DNA of 64,000 nucleotides. Source: an uncultured delta proteobacterium (GTDB lineage Bacteria; Myxococcota_A; Polyangia; Polyangiales; B10-G4). Shown in pieces: positions 1-9,567 of this stretch. The translations under genes were made by a program, and so were the position numbers. Numbering within the stretch: position 1 is the first letter of the stretch; the number at the start of each line of letters is the position of its first letter. The stretch is taken from contig CAVSGI010000020.1 of assembly GCA_963727445.1 (NCBI GenBank), positions 576,001-640,000 of the forward strand, read 5' to 3'. The notes beneath the pieces are model-generated. The model had not been told where the DNA came from. It did no database searches and saw only the letters and a list, made by a program, of their open reading frames with translations.

Positions 1-11
1 CGCCGCTGACG

Positions 12-275
12 GTGATGCGTGCCTTCCTCGACTGGCTCTCGTCGACGACCGCCTTTCCTTTTCGCGAGCAGCCCCTCGAGGTCGCGCTCACCGAAGACGA
101 GGTCTACGCGCGATTTCGAGGCAACTGGGTCGGCCGCCTGCCGCGCGCGGCCCTCCGCACGCGCCTCGTTCAGCGTGCGGGCGCGACCTACGTCTTCGGC
201 CGCGCCGCCCGCCTGCTGTTGCCCGCGACGCCGGCGAACGAGAGCATCGCCCGCGAGCTCGACGCCCAACTCTAG
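12..275 (+). CDS. Hypothetical protein, probably the 3' end of a gene starting upstream of the window
   Basis: ORF at the window edge with GC3-rich codon usage, ending TAG at 273-275; no recognisable motif. Confidence 0.5.
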   Translation: MMRAFLDWLSSTTAFPFREQPLEVALTEDEVYARFRGNWVGRLPRAALRTRLVQRAGATYVFGRAARLLLPATPANESIARELDAQL

Positions 276-355
276 CTCTACTCGATTAGGGTGGCGGCGG
301 ATGATCGCGCCGAGCAGGGGTTTTCGAGCAACCCGAGGCCCTCCGGTCACTGGTG

Positions 356-461
356 GCGCTTTTTTCGGTCCGGCTTCTCCCGACGATGGGCAGTGAATGG
401 TGTCTCGTCTGCCCACAAACCGAGGCGGCGCAAGGTCGGGAGAAGCCGGCCGAAAGGACGC
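356..461. other. Long inverted repeat / structured element in a convergent intergenic gap
   Basis: Perfect 15-bp stem 370-384 with 435-449, extended by 363-368 with 450-455; inner stem 387-393 with 409-415. Confidence 0.6.
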
Positions 462-751
462 AGATGCCCCAGCAGGCCAAGCCAACTCGAATAGGAGGAG
501 TGAGCGCCTCGGTCGTTGATGCGGAGCCCCTCGAGTCCGCATGCGCGTGTGTGCCCGAGGGTCGCGAGCGGTGCAAGGGTGTTCGTCAGATGAGCGTCGA
601 AAAAAGATTCCTTCACCCCGAACGGGGACGTGTCGTCACTGAGTGCGCGTTCGGAAAACGCGCGTCGTTTCGATCACCTGGCGCGAACGGACTCGGTTCG
701 TATCGGTACCGATCCTCGTGCGTTCGCGATGGCGAATTCGAATTTCGCGCG

Positions 752-3700
752 TCAGTCGCGAAACAAATCGCAGCTCGAGTCGGCGAAGCAGAGATGATCC
801 ATCGGCGCATCGAGATACCGAACTTCGGTGCCGCCGGTGGAAAGAAAACGTCCCACGTGGTTGATCAGATACTGGCTGGCATCGAAGGGAGTGTCCGGCG
901 AGAAGAGGAGCCCGGGGCTCGGCCCATGGGCGCCCTCGGGCGAGACGTAGACCACCGTGAAGCGCCGCGCGCGAACCGGCGGATCTCCCGTGACGGGGGC
1001 GAGCCCATCCGGGTTCGGCGTCCCGTCGGGTGAGAAGCGAGCGCGACCTTCGGAGAGATCGTCGGGATCGGCGACGAAACGGGGGGCACCGGGCACGGGC
1101 GTGCGCTCGAGCCACGGTGCGCCTTCGACGGCGTGGAGCGCGACCAGCGCGTCGTGGGGCGTGATCGCCGCGCTTCCCGAGAACGACGACAGGTGCGGGG
1201 GGGCATCCGGAGGAAGAAAGGCGAGGGCGCCGCTGGTGCGCCCCAGTCGCACAGCCGCACCGAAGGGGAGCGCGCCGTCGGCGGCGGTGGCGACGATCGT
1301 GAAGCGATCCGAGGGCGTCAGCGCGAGGCTCGCCGGATCGGCGCCGTGGAGCACCGCGTCGAGGAGCACCTGGTAGCGCACGAGCTCCGGCGATTGGCGA
1401 CGACGGCCGAGCCCGCCCGCCGGAAAGAGCAAAGGCGAGCCGACGCTGTACTGCACCCGTCGATATCGGGCGCACTCGGGGCAGCGGACCGGGCCCGGCG
1501 GCCCGTTTTCGACGCCGAAGTTCGGGATCAGCGCCACTGGGATCGCGCCGTCGGTCGGTGTGCAGCGCGAAAAATCGAAGTCCGTGTCCGGCGCGTAGAC
1601 GTCGAGGGAGAAGCGATCGCCCGAATCGGCCTCCACCGGGATGAACGACGCGCCCACGTCGTCGATTCGCGCGCATCGGCGGGCGCCGCCCGTCAGGTTC
1701 TTCACCACCAGGGTCGAGCCGCTGGGCGCGTCCTCCGGGGCGAGACAGTAGACCTCGGTATCCGCGCCCCGATCCGCATCGGACAGACGCATGCGGAGCG
1801 AGAGGCCGCCTTCGATACAGGCGGAGTCGATGGAAGGGCCCGCGCTGCGACGGGTCCAGACCACGGGCCCGAGGACCGCGCCCAACGTGCCCGCGCGCAC
1901 CGCGTCGTCCGCGCTCCGCATCCACGCCTGGGCCAGGCCTCCTGCAGGAGCGACGAGTGCCGCAGGCCCGATGTGTGGGCTGGCCGCGGCGACGAGCGCG
2001 GCGACGTTCGCGCCCATGCCGATCCCGGCGATCGTGGATTCGCCGCCCAGATCGGGCGCTCCGTCCCCGTCGAAATCTCCGAGCACGTCGATCGATCCAT
2101 CGCGGTCGTAGTCCCCGTCGAAAGTCAGCGGCTCGCGGCGCCCGGCGATCGTCGTCTCGCCCGTTTCGGCCATCCGTCCATCGAAGGTGGCGAGCGCCCG
2201 CGCGACCATCATCTGATCGATCGCCCACTGTCGACGGAGGTCGCGCGCGTGAAAGGGATCGGGGCCGTAGGCGAGGGCGCCGGGGTCGGGCAGCCCGTCG
2301 CCATCGATGTCCAGGACGCGATCGGCGACCATCGCTTCGGCCAGCGGCGCGAGGCATAGATTGCCGAAGACGTTGAGCAGGGCCACGCGCGTCGCTTCGC
2401 CGAGGGCGAGGCCGTGCTCGGGGGCGTCGATCATCACCGGCGCGAGCCCGTGGCGCAGGAGCAGCCCGGCGTAGGCGAAGCCGCGCTCCTTCGCCTCCGA
2501 CGCGTCGTGCAGCCACAAGAGCGGCGGCGCAGGCCCGTCGCGCCCGCTCGGTATGAACGCGAGGGCGACCAGCGTCTGCCGCGAAATGCGCCCCTCCCCG
2601 GCCTCCCGATCGAGCACGAAACGACCGCCCGCCTCGGGATTGGCCGGATCTCCGAGCAAATACGGGACCTCGATGGCGAAGGCGACGACCGCTTCGAGCC
2701 GGTCGTAGCTCGCCAAGAGGGCTTCCCGCTCGCTGACCCCGAGCCCGAGCTGCGCCGCGCTCGCTTCGAGGGCGCTCTGCCATGCGGCGCGCGGCACGCG
2801 GTAGGTCAACGCTCCGGCATCCGCGCAGGGTCGGCCCACGAGGCCGCCGCTCACCGGGTGCGCCACCACCGTGGGCGGAAAATCCTCGGCGAGAAAAGAC
2901 AGCGGCCCCTCGCCTTCGAGACCGCGCGCCACGGCGCGGAGGTCCTCGGTCGTCGACTGAACGGTGAAGGTCCATGCGAAGGCGACGCCTTCGAAGCCGA
3001 GGCTCGACAAATCCCCGTAGAGCTCCGGGTGGCTACGAAAGTGATCGGCGAGAGGCGCGAGCGCATCGGCTTGATCCGGTGGATGCACGAAGGCCAGCGG
3101 CGATCGCACGGGGTGGCCCTCGGCATCGCGCAACCGATTCGTCACCACCACCGCCTGACGCCCGCCCGGTCTGAGCGGCAGGAGCGGCCGGAGGAGCAGG
3201 GTGTGCGTCTCGCGTTCCCACTCGCCCGTGAGGCGGTCGACGAGCTCTGCGCCTCGCCCGCCTCGGCCGTCCAGCGTGGTCGGGCGGTCGTCGCGACCGT
3301 CGAAGTCGGTTTCGCGGCCGTCTTCGTCGACGGTCTCGAGCAGGAGGCTCGGCTCTCCCTCGCGTGGGTCGGCCGGGTGGTAACCGTCGGGTCGCACGAG
3401 CGCCGGCGGATCCCACGGCGCGCCCAGACCCAGTGGAGTAGGCAGCCCGGTCTCGAGATCGACGAGATAGATCGCGTGCTCGGCGAAGGCCGATTCGGTG
3501 AAGCGCGCCGTGTCGCGTTGCCGCCGCCGCAGGTCCTCGAGATCGATCTCGTCCTCGAAGGGCACGAGGATCAGCCCCGCGCCGAAACCATCGAGCTCGT
3601 TCACCCCCTCGCGCAGGTCGTCTTCGACGATGGTGCGCGAGTCACGGGGCAGGCTGAGCCGACGGCCGGTGGGGGAGGTGGGGTCGGCGCGGGTCAGCGC

Positions 3701-3868
3701 GTCGTTGGGGTAGGGGAGCGCGGGGAGCCCGGGGCCGGTCAAATCCCAGGAAATCCGGGTGCCTGGGCCGGGTGGCGTCGGGAAGAGGCCTGTTGGCGCG
3801 TCGGTTCCCTCACAAGCTTGAAGGGAGAGTACGGCGGCCAGAGCCAGCGCCATGGACAGGAGGCGCAC
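752..3868 (-). CDS. Large lipoprotein with lipase-like N-terminal region and degenerate alpha/beta-hydrolase-like domain
   Basis: Lipobox LQAC; PYPND and LNELDGFG-like N-terminal motifs; similar to the 48679-50616 paralog. The expected nucleophile elbow reads GIGMG. Confidence 0.75.
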   Translation of the reverse strand: MRLLSMALALAAVLSLQACEGTDAPTGLFPTPPGPGTRISWDLTGPGLPALPYPNDALTRADPTSPTGRRLSLPRDSRTIVEDDLREGVNELDGFGAGLILVPFEDEIDLEDLRRRQRDTARFTESAFAEHAIYLVDLETGLPTPLGLGAPWDPPALVRPDGYHPADPREGEPSLLLETVDEDGRETDFDGRDDRPTTLDGRGGRGAELVDRLTGEWERETHTLLLRPLLPLRPGGRQAVVVTNRLRDAEGHPVRSPLAFVHPPDQADALAPLADHFRSHPELYGDLSSLGFEGVAFAWTFTVQSTTEDLRAVARGLEGEGPLSFLAEDFPPTVVAHPVSGGLVGRPCADAGALTYRVPRAAWQSALEASAAQLGLGVSEREALLASYDRLEAVVAFAIEVPYLLGDPANPEAGGRFVLDREAGEGRISRQTLVALAFIPSGRDGPAPPLLWLHDASEAKERGFAYAGLLLRHGLAPVMIDAPEHGLALGEATRVALLNVFGNLCLAPLAEAMVADRVLDIDGDGLPDPGALAYGPDPFHARDLRRQWAIDQMMVARALATFDGRMAETGETTIAGRREPLTFDGDYDRDGSIDVLGDFDGDGAPDLGGESTIAGIGMGANVAALVAAASPHIGPAALVAPAGGLAQAWMRSADDAVRAGTLGAVLGPVVWTRRSAGPSIDSACIEGGLSLRMRLSDADRGADTEVYCLAPEDAPSGSTLVVKNLTGGARRCARIDDVGASFIPVEADSGDRFSLDVYAPDTDFDFSRCTPTDGAIPVALIPNFGVENGPPGPVRCPECARYRRVQYSVGSPLLFPAGGLGRRRQSPELVRYQVLLDAVLHGADPASLALTPSDRFTIVATAADGALPFGAAVRLGRTSGALAFLPPDAPPHLSSFSGSAAITPHDALVALHAVEGAPWLERTPVPGAPRFVADPDDLSEGRARFSPDGTPNPDGLAPVTGDPPVRARRFTVVYVSPEGAHGPSPGLLFSPDTPFDASQYLINHVGRFLSTGGTEVRYLDAPMDHLCFADSSCDLFRD

Positions 3869-3918
3869 GATCGGAAGATAGCACCGAGATCGGCGTCCGC
3901 TTGGTCTACCCTTCGTCC

Positions 3919-4863
3919 ATGGTCGCCCAGCGAGGACGTCGCATCGCCGGCAAGTATCAGCTCTCCGAGCCCCTCGGAGAGGGTGGGATGGCCACCGTTT
4001 GGAAGGGGCTCACCCTCGGCGCGGCCGGCTTTTCGCGCCGCGTCGCCATCAAGCGCGTCCTCCCGGAGCTCGCCCACGATTCGAAGTTCACGGCGATGTT
4101 CGTCGAGGAGGCGCGGGTCGTCTCCGAGCTCGCCCACCCCAACATCGTGCAGGTCCACGACTTCGATCACGACGACGAAGGCAACTACTTCATCGTCATG
4201 GAGTTCGTCGACGGGATTGACCTCGAGCACTGGTGCGGGGCCTACGAGAATCTCGGCGAGCGTCCCCCGTGGCCCCTGGCGACGGCGATCGCCATCGAAG
4301 TGCTCCGGGGCCTGACCGCCGCCCACGAGCGGGTCGACTCCCTCGGCCGTCCCTCGCCGGTCATCCACCGGGACGTGACGCCAACCAACATCCTTGTCGG
4401 CAAGAACGGCATCGTGAAGCTCACCGACTTCGGGCTGGCCCGCGCCATGGACCGCGCGTCGATGACCAAGCCGGGCACCGTCAAAGGCAAGCTCGCGTAC
4501 ATGGCGCCCGAGGTGCTCACGGGAAAGCCGGCCAACGAGCAGAGCGACATCTTCTGCGTGGGGATCGTGCTCTGGGAGGCCCTCTGTGGCCGGCGCCTCT
4601 ACTCCGGCCGCACGGATCTCGAGGTCATCATGAAGGCCCGCGAGGCCAAAGTGCCGAGCGTCGTCGAGACCCGGGACGACGTCCCGCTCTCGCTCGTCGA
4701 GGTGGTCAATCACGCGCTGGCCAAGGAGCCCGACGATCGCTTCGCGTCAGCCCGTGAGATGCAGCGCGCCCTGGCGGCGGTGCTCCGAGACCACCCCGAG
4801 CCCACCGACTCCGAGGCCCTCAGGGAGAGCGTCCGACAAGCCCTGGAGATCAGCCAACAATGA
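3919..4863 (+). CDS. Serine/threonine protein kinase (Hanks type), kinase domain only
   Basis: LGEGGMATV, VAIK, HRDVTPTN, DFG and YMAPE motifs; start placed at ATG 3919, 6 nt after TACCCT. Confidence 0.92.
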   Translation: MVAQRGRRIAGKYQLSEPLGEGGMATVWKGLTLGAAGFSRRVAIKRVLPELAHDSKFTAMFVEEARVVSELAHPNIVQVHDFDHDDEGNYFIVMEFVDGIDLEHWCGAYENLGERPPWPLATAIAIEVLRGLTAAHERVDSLGRPSPVIHRDVTPTNILVGKNGIVKLTDFGLARAMDRASMTKPGTVKGKLAYMAPEVLTGKPANEQSDIFCVGIVLWEALCGRRLYSGRTDLEVIMKAREAKVPSVVETRDDVPLSLVEVVNHALAKEPDDRFASAREMQRALAAVLRDHPEPTDSEALRESVRQALEISQQ

Positions 4864-4870
4864 GGTGAGC

Positions 4871-4890
4871 CGAGCCCCGGTGGGGGCTCG
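4871..4890. terminator. Short GC hairpin between the kinase and protease genes
   Basis: cgagcccc-ggtg-ggggctcg; no clear U-tract. Confidence 0.35.
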
Positions 4891-4908
4891 CTGCTACCCT
4901 TTGGGTAG

Positions 4909-6408
4909 ATGAGAGACTCGCTCGCGCCGTCCGACCGCAAGAAGCTGGGAGGGCTTCTGCGCAGTGTGGTGAAGGTGCTCTCGGTCTCGGATCCGCCCGA
5001 TTACGACCAGCCCTGGCAGACCCAGGGCGCGAGCTCCAGCTTCGGCTCGGGCGTGGTGGTCTCGACGACGAACGGGCTCAGGATCCTGACCAACGCCCAC
5101 TGTGTTCAGGACCACGTCTACGTGGAGGTGCGGCGCTACGGCCTGTCGAAGAAGTACCAGGCGGAGGTCGAGGCGCTGGGTCACGACTGCGACCTGGCGC
5201 TGCTCGCCGTGGAGGAGGGCGAGGAGTTCTTCAGCGGCGTCACCCCCCTCAGCGTGGGACCCCTGCCGGAGCTCGGCGACACGGTCAGCGTCTGCGGTTT
5301 CCCGGTCGGCGGGGAGCGGGTGAGCATCACCCGCGGCATCGTCTCCCGCATCGATCTCGTCCGCTACGAGCAGTCCCAGCGGTTGCTCCTGGCGCTCCAG
5401 ATCGACGCCGCCATCAACTCGGGCAACAGCGGTGGCCCGGTGATCCGGGGCAACCAGCTGGTGGGGATCGCCTTTCAATCTCTCGAGGATGCCGAGCAGG
5501 TGGGGTACGTGATCGCGGGCGAGGTGATCTCGCACTTCATCGCCGACGTCGAGCGCGGGTCGGTCTCCGGCTTCCCTGCCCTTGGCGCGTGGACGCAAGA
5601 GCTCGAGTCGAACAGCCATCGGGCCGCGCTCGGCCTGCCAGAGGAGCGCACCGAGGGGGTCCTGATAAGGCGCGTCGAGTGGGAGGGGTCGGCCTGGGGG
5701 GTTCTCGAGGAGGGCGACGTGTTGCTCGAGGTCGACGGCGAGCCGATTCAATCGGACGGGACCGTCTCACTGCGCGACGGCGAGCTCGTCGACTTCTCCT
5801 ACGTTTTTTCGAGGCGTCTCGCAGGCGAGGTCGCCAACCTCAAGGTGTGGCGCAAGGGCGCGGTGATCGACTGCGTGATGCCGGTGAAGGTGCCGAGCCC
5901 CCTGGTGCCGGAGGACGCCTTCGACGTTCGGCCGACCTATTACGTCTTCGGCGGCCTGCTCTTCGTCCCTCTCACCAAGAACTACCTCAAGACCTACGGC
6001 GATCCGTGGTGGCAGACGGCCCCGAAGGACCTGATGCTCCTCTATGAAGAGGGCCTCGCCCGACCTGACTATCGCCAGGCGGTCGTGCTCCAGAAGGTCC
6101 TCGCCGACCGCGTGAACCAGGGCTATCACCACATCGAGAGCGTTCTGGTGAAGTCGGTGGACGGCATCGACATCAGCGATCTCGAGGAGCTGATCGAGAT
6201 CATCGAGGACGGCGAGGGGCGCTACGTGGAGTTCTGCTCCTTCGCCGGACATCGGGTGGTGCTCGATCGCGTGCGCGCGAACGCCCGTCTCGATGCCATC
6301 CTCGAGCGCTTCGGCGTGCCGCGCGACCGTTCGACCGACCTCGTTCCCGAAGAGGAAGAGGACGACGCGCGACTGTCGGTCGACCGGATCAATCGCCCGC
6401 AGTTCTGA
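4909..6408 (+). CDS. HtrA/Deg-family serine protease, trypsin plus two PDZ-like domains (Deg2/Deg9-like architecture)
   Basis: LTNAHCV, CDLALL and AINSGNSGGP catalytic motifs; YYVFGGLLFVPL second-domain motif; no signal peptide. Confidence 0.9.
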   Translation: MRDSLAPSDRKKLGGLLRSVVKVLSVSDPPDYDQPWQTQGASSSFGSGVVVSTTNGLRILTNAHCVQDHVYVEVRRYGLSKKYQAEVEALGHDCDLALLAVEEGEEFFSGVTPLSVGPLPELGDTVSVCGFPVGGERVSITRGIVSRIDLVRYEQSQRLLLALQIDAAINSGNSGGPVIRGNQLVGIAFQSLEDAEQVGYVIAGEVISHFIADVERGSVSGFPALGAWTQELESNSHRAALGLPEERTEGVLIRRVEWEGSAWGVLEEGDVLLEVDGEPIQSDGTVSLRDGELVDFSYVFSRRLAGEVANLKVWRKGAVIDCVMPVKVPSPLVPEDAFDVRPTYYVFGGLLFVPLTKNYLKTYGDPWWQTAPKDLMLLYEEGLARPDYRQAVVLQKVLADRVNQGYHHIESVLVKSVDGIDISDLEELIEIIEDGEGRYVEFCSFAGHRVVLDRVRANARLDAILERFGVPRDRSTDLVPEEEEDDARLSVDRINRPQF

Positions 6409-6414
6409 GCGGGC

Positions 6415-8052
<1,638 letters not shown>

Positions 8053-8337
8053 TTGGCGAGAAGATAACAGCATTTTCGGTCCCGCGTGTCCTGACAGTCC
8101 CGTAAGGATCGACCGAAGGGGACATTTCAGTTGCAGCGGAACGAGGCGGCCGATCCCCGAGGATTAATGGAGGGGACGAGGTCGTGGAGTGTGTGCCTCT
8201 CACCCACGGCTGCGCTCATCCGAGCCCATCCACCCATCGGGGAATTGCCCCCCACTCGGCAGAACCGGAACCGCGTTTGTCGGCGCATCCGGCGTTCCTG
8301 AGAGCTGCTTCTGCACCGGATCGAAGCCGATCTCGCG

Positions 8338-8353
8338 TGGCACCGTGTGTGCA
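8338..8353 (+). promoter_or_regulatory. Putative sigma54 (-24/-12) promoter
   Basis: TGGCACCGTGTGTGCA matches TGGCAC-N5-TTGCW with exact GG/GC spacing, about 50 nt upstream of ATG 8405. Confidence 0.6.
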
Positions 8354-8404
8354 CTTCTTCGTGTGGACGCTCAGGCCCGGTGCGACCGGGATGAAGGGAC
8401 AGCG

Positions 8405-9565
8405 ATGCGAAGTCGAGGACGATTCGTCGCGGTGGTGAGCTGCGCCTTCTGCGCGCTCGCGGCGAGCGGATGTGCACCGATGGACGGGATGGGAGATCCG
8501 ACGATGACTCCCACGCCAGACGCGGAGGCCCCTCCGCCCGATCTCGCGCCGGGTGACGTGCTCAGCGTGTCGGGTCTGGTGGTGGACTTTCAGACCGGCG
8601 ATCCGGTCGCCGAAGCCGCCGTGCGCACCCTCGGTCTCAATCCAGTCTCCGAAGCGACCCTCGCAGGCTCGGAGTACGAGCTCTACTCGCCGCCGTACAG
8701 CGCCTTCCACATCCTGGCGGGGGCGGAGCCGCTGTACATGCTCACCGTGGGTGCGCCGGTGCAGGTCGACGGAGAGCCGCTGGCTGCGGTGGCGGCCGAG
8801 ACCATGCGACACGCCTACATCTCTCTGCTCGCCGGCATCTTCGATGTCACGCCGACGCCCGGGTACGGGATCGTCTTCGCCCAGGCCACCTATGACGACG
8901 GCCGACCGAGGTCGGGGCTGGGGCCCGACGTGTTCAACCTGGCCGACGCGCCGATGGTGCGTGGCCCCTATTTCCTCGCGGAGGATCTCGGCCCTGATCC
9001 CGAGGCCACCGAGACCGGCGCGCGCGGCTACTTCGTGCTCTTCGACGTGCCGGAGGGAGCCGCCACCTTCATCTCCGGACCGGAGAGCACCTACTCCGTC
9101 ACGGGGACCAGTCCGACGTACCGCGACGCGGTCACCATCATGAAGGTCGCCGTGACGGATCGCGATCCCGCGGACGTGGTGCCCGACCCGACCACGCCGA
9201 TGGATCCGCCACCTCCCGACGACGTGGGCCCGGTGGACTTCGTCACGCAGGTGATGCCGGTCTTCGTGCGCAACGGGTGCATCGTCTGCCACTCGGCGGG
9301 GGGCGAAGGTTACGACCTGGGCGGCCTCGAGCTCACGGGCGATCCGCGCAACGTCTTCGACGAGCTCACCGCGGAGATCTCACCGAACTTCGACCGGGTG
9401 CGCGTGAACACGACCACACCCGCGGAGAGCCTTCTGCTCACCATGCCTTCGTTCGAGGATCCGCCGGACGATCATCCGAACGCGATCTTCCTCGACCAGT
9501 ACAACCGCGACTACCGCTTGCTGCGCGCCTGGATCGAGCAGGGCGCGTACTACGAGCCGCGCTGA
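8405..9565 (+). CDS. Lipoprotein with C-terminal mono-heme cytochrome c-type domain
   Basis: Lipobox ASGC; beta-rich N-terminal region; VDFVTQVMPVF...CIVCH...LLRAWIEQGA domain. Confidence 0.75.
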   Translation: MRSRGRFVAVVSCAFCALAASGCAPMDGMGDPTMTPTPDAEAPPPDLAPGDVLSVSGLVVDFQTGDPVAEAAVRTLGLNPVSEATLAGSEYELYSPPYSAFHILAGAEPLYMLTVGAPVQVDGEPLAAVAAETMRHAYISLLAGIFDVTPTPGYGIVFAQATYDDGRPRSGLGPDVFNLADAPMVRGPYFLAEDLGPDPEATETGARGYFVLFDVPEGAATFISGPESTYSVTGTSPTYRDAVTIMKVAVTDRDPADVVPDPTTPMDPPPPDDVGPVDFVTQVMPVFVRNGCIVCHSAGGEGYDLGGLELTGDPRNVFDELTAEISPNFDRVRVNTTTPAESLLLTMPSFEDPPDDHPNAIFLDQYNRDYRLLRAWIEQGAYYEPR

Positions 9566-9567
9566 AT

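Noticed and set aside
359..606. Retron msr-msd suggested by complementary ends and a long stem
   Set aside because: No reverse transcriptase in the window and the flanking genes converge on the element; kept only as an unassigned structure.
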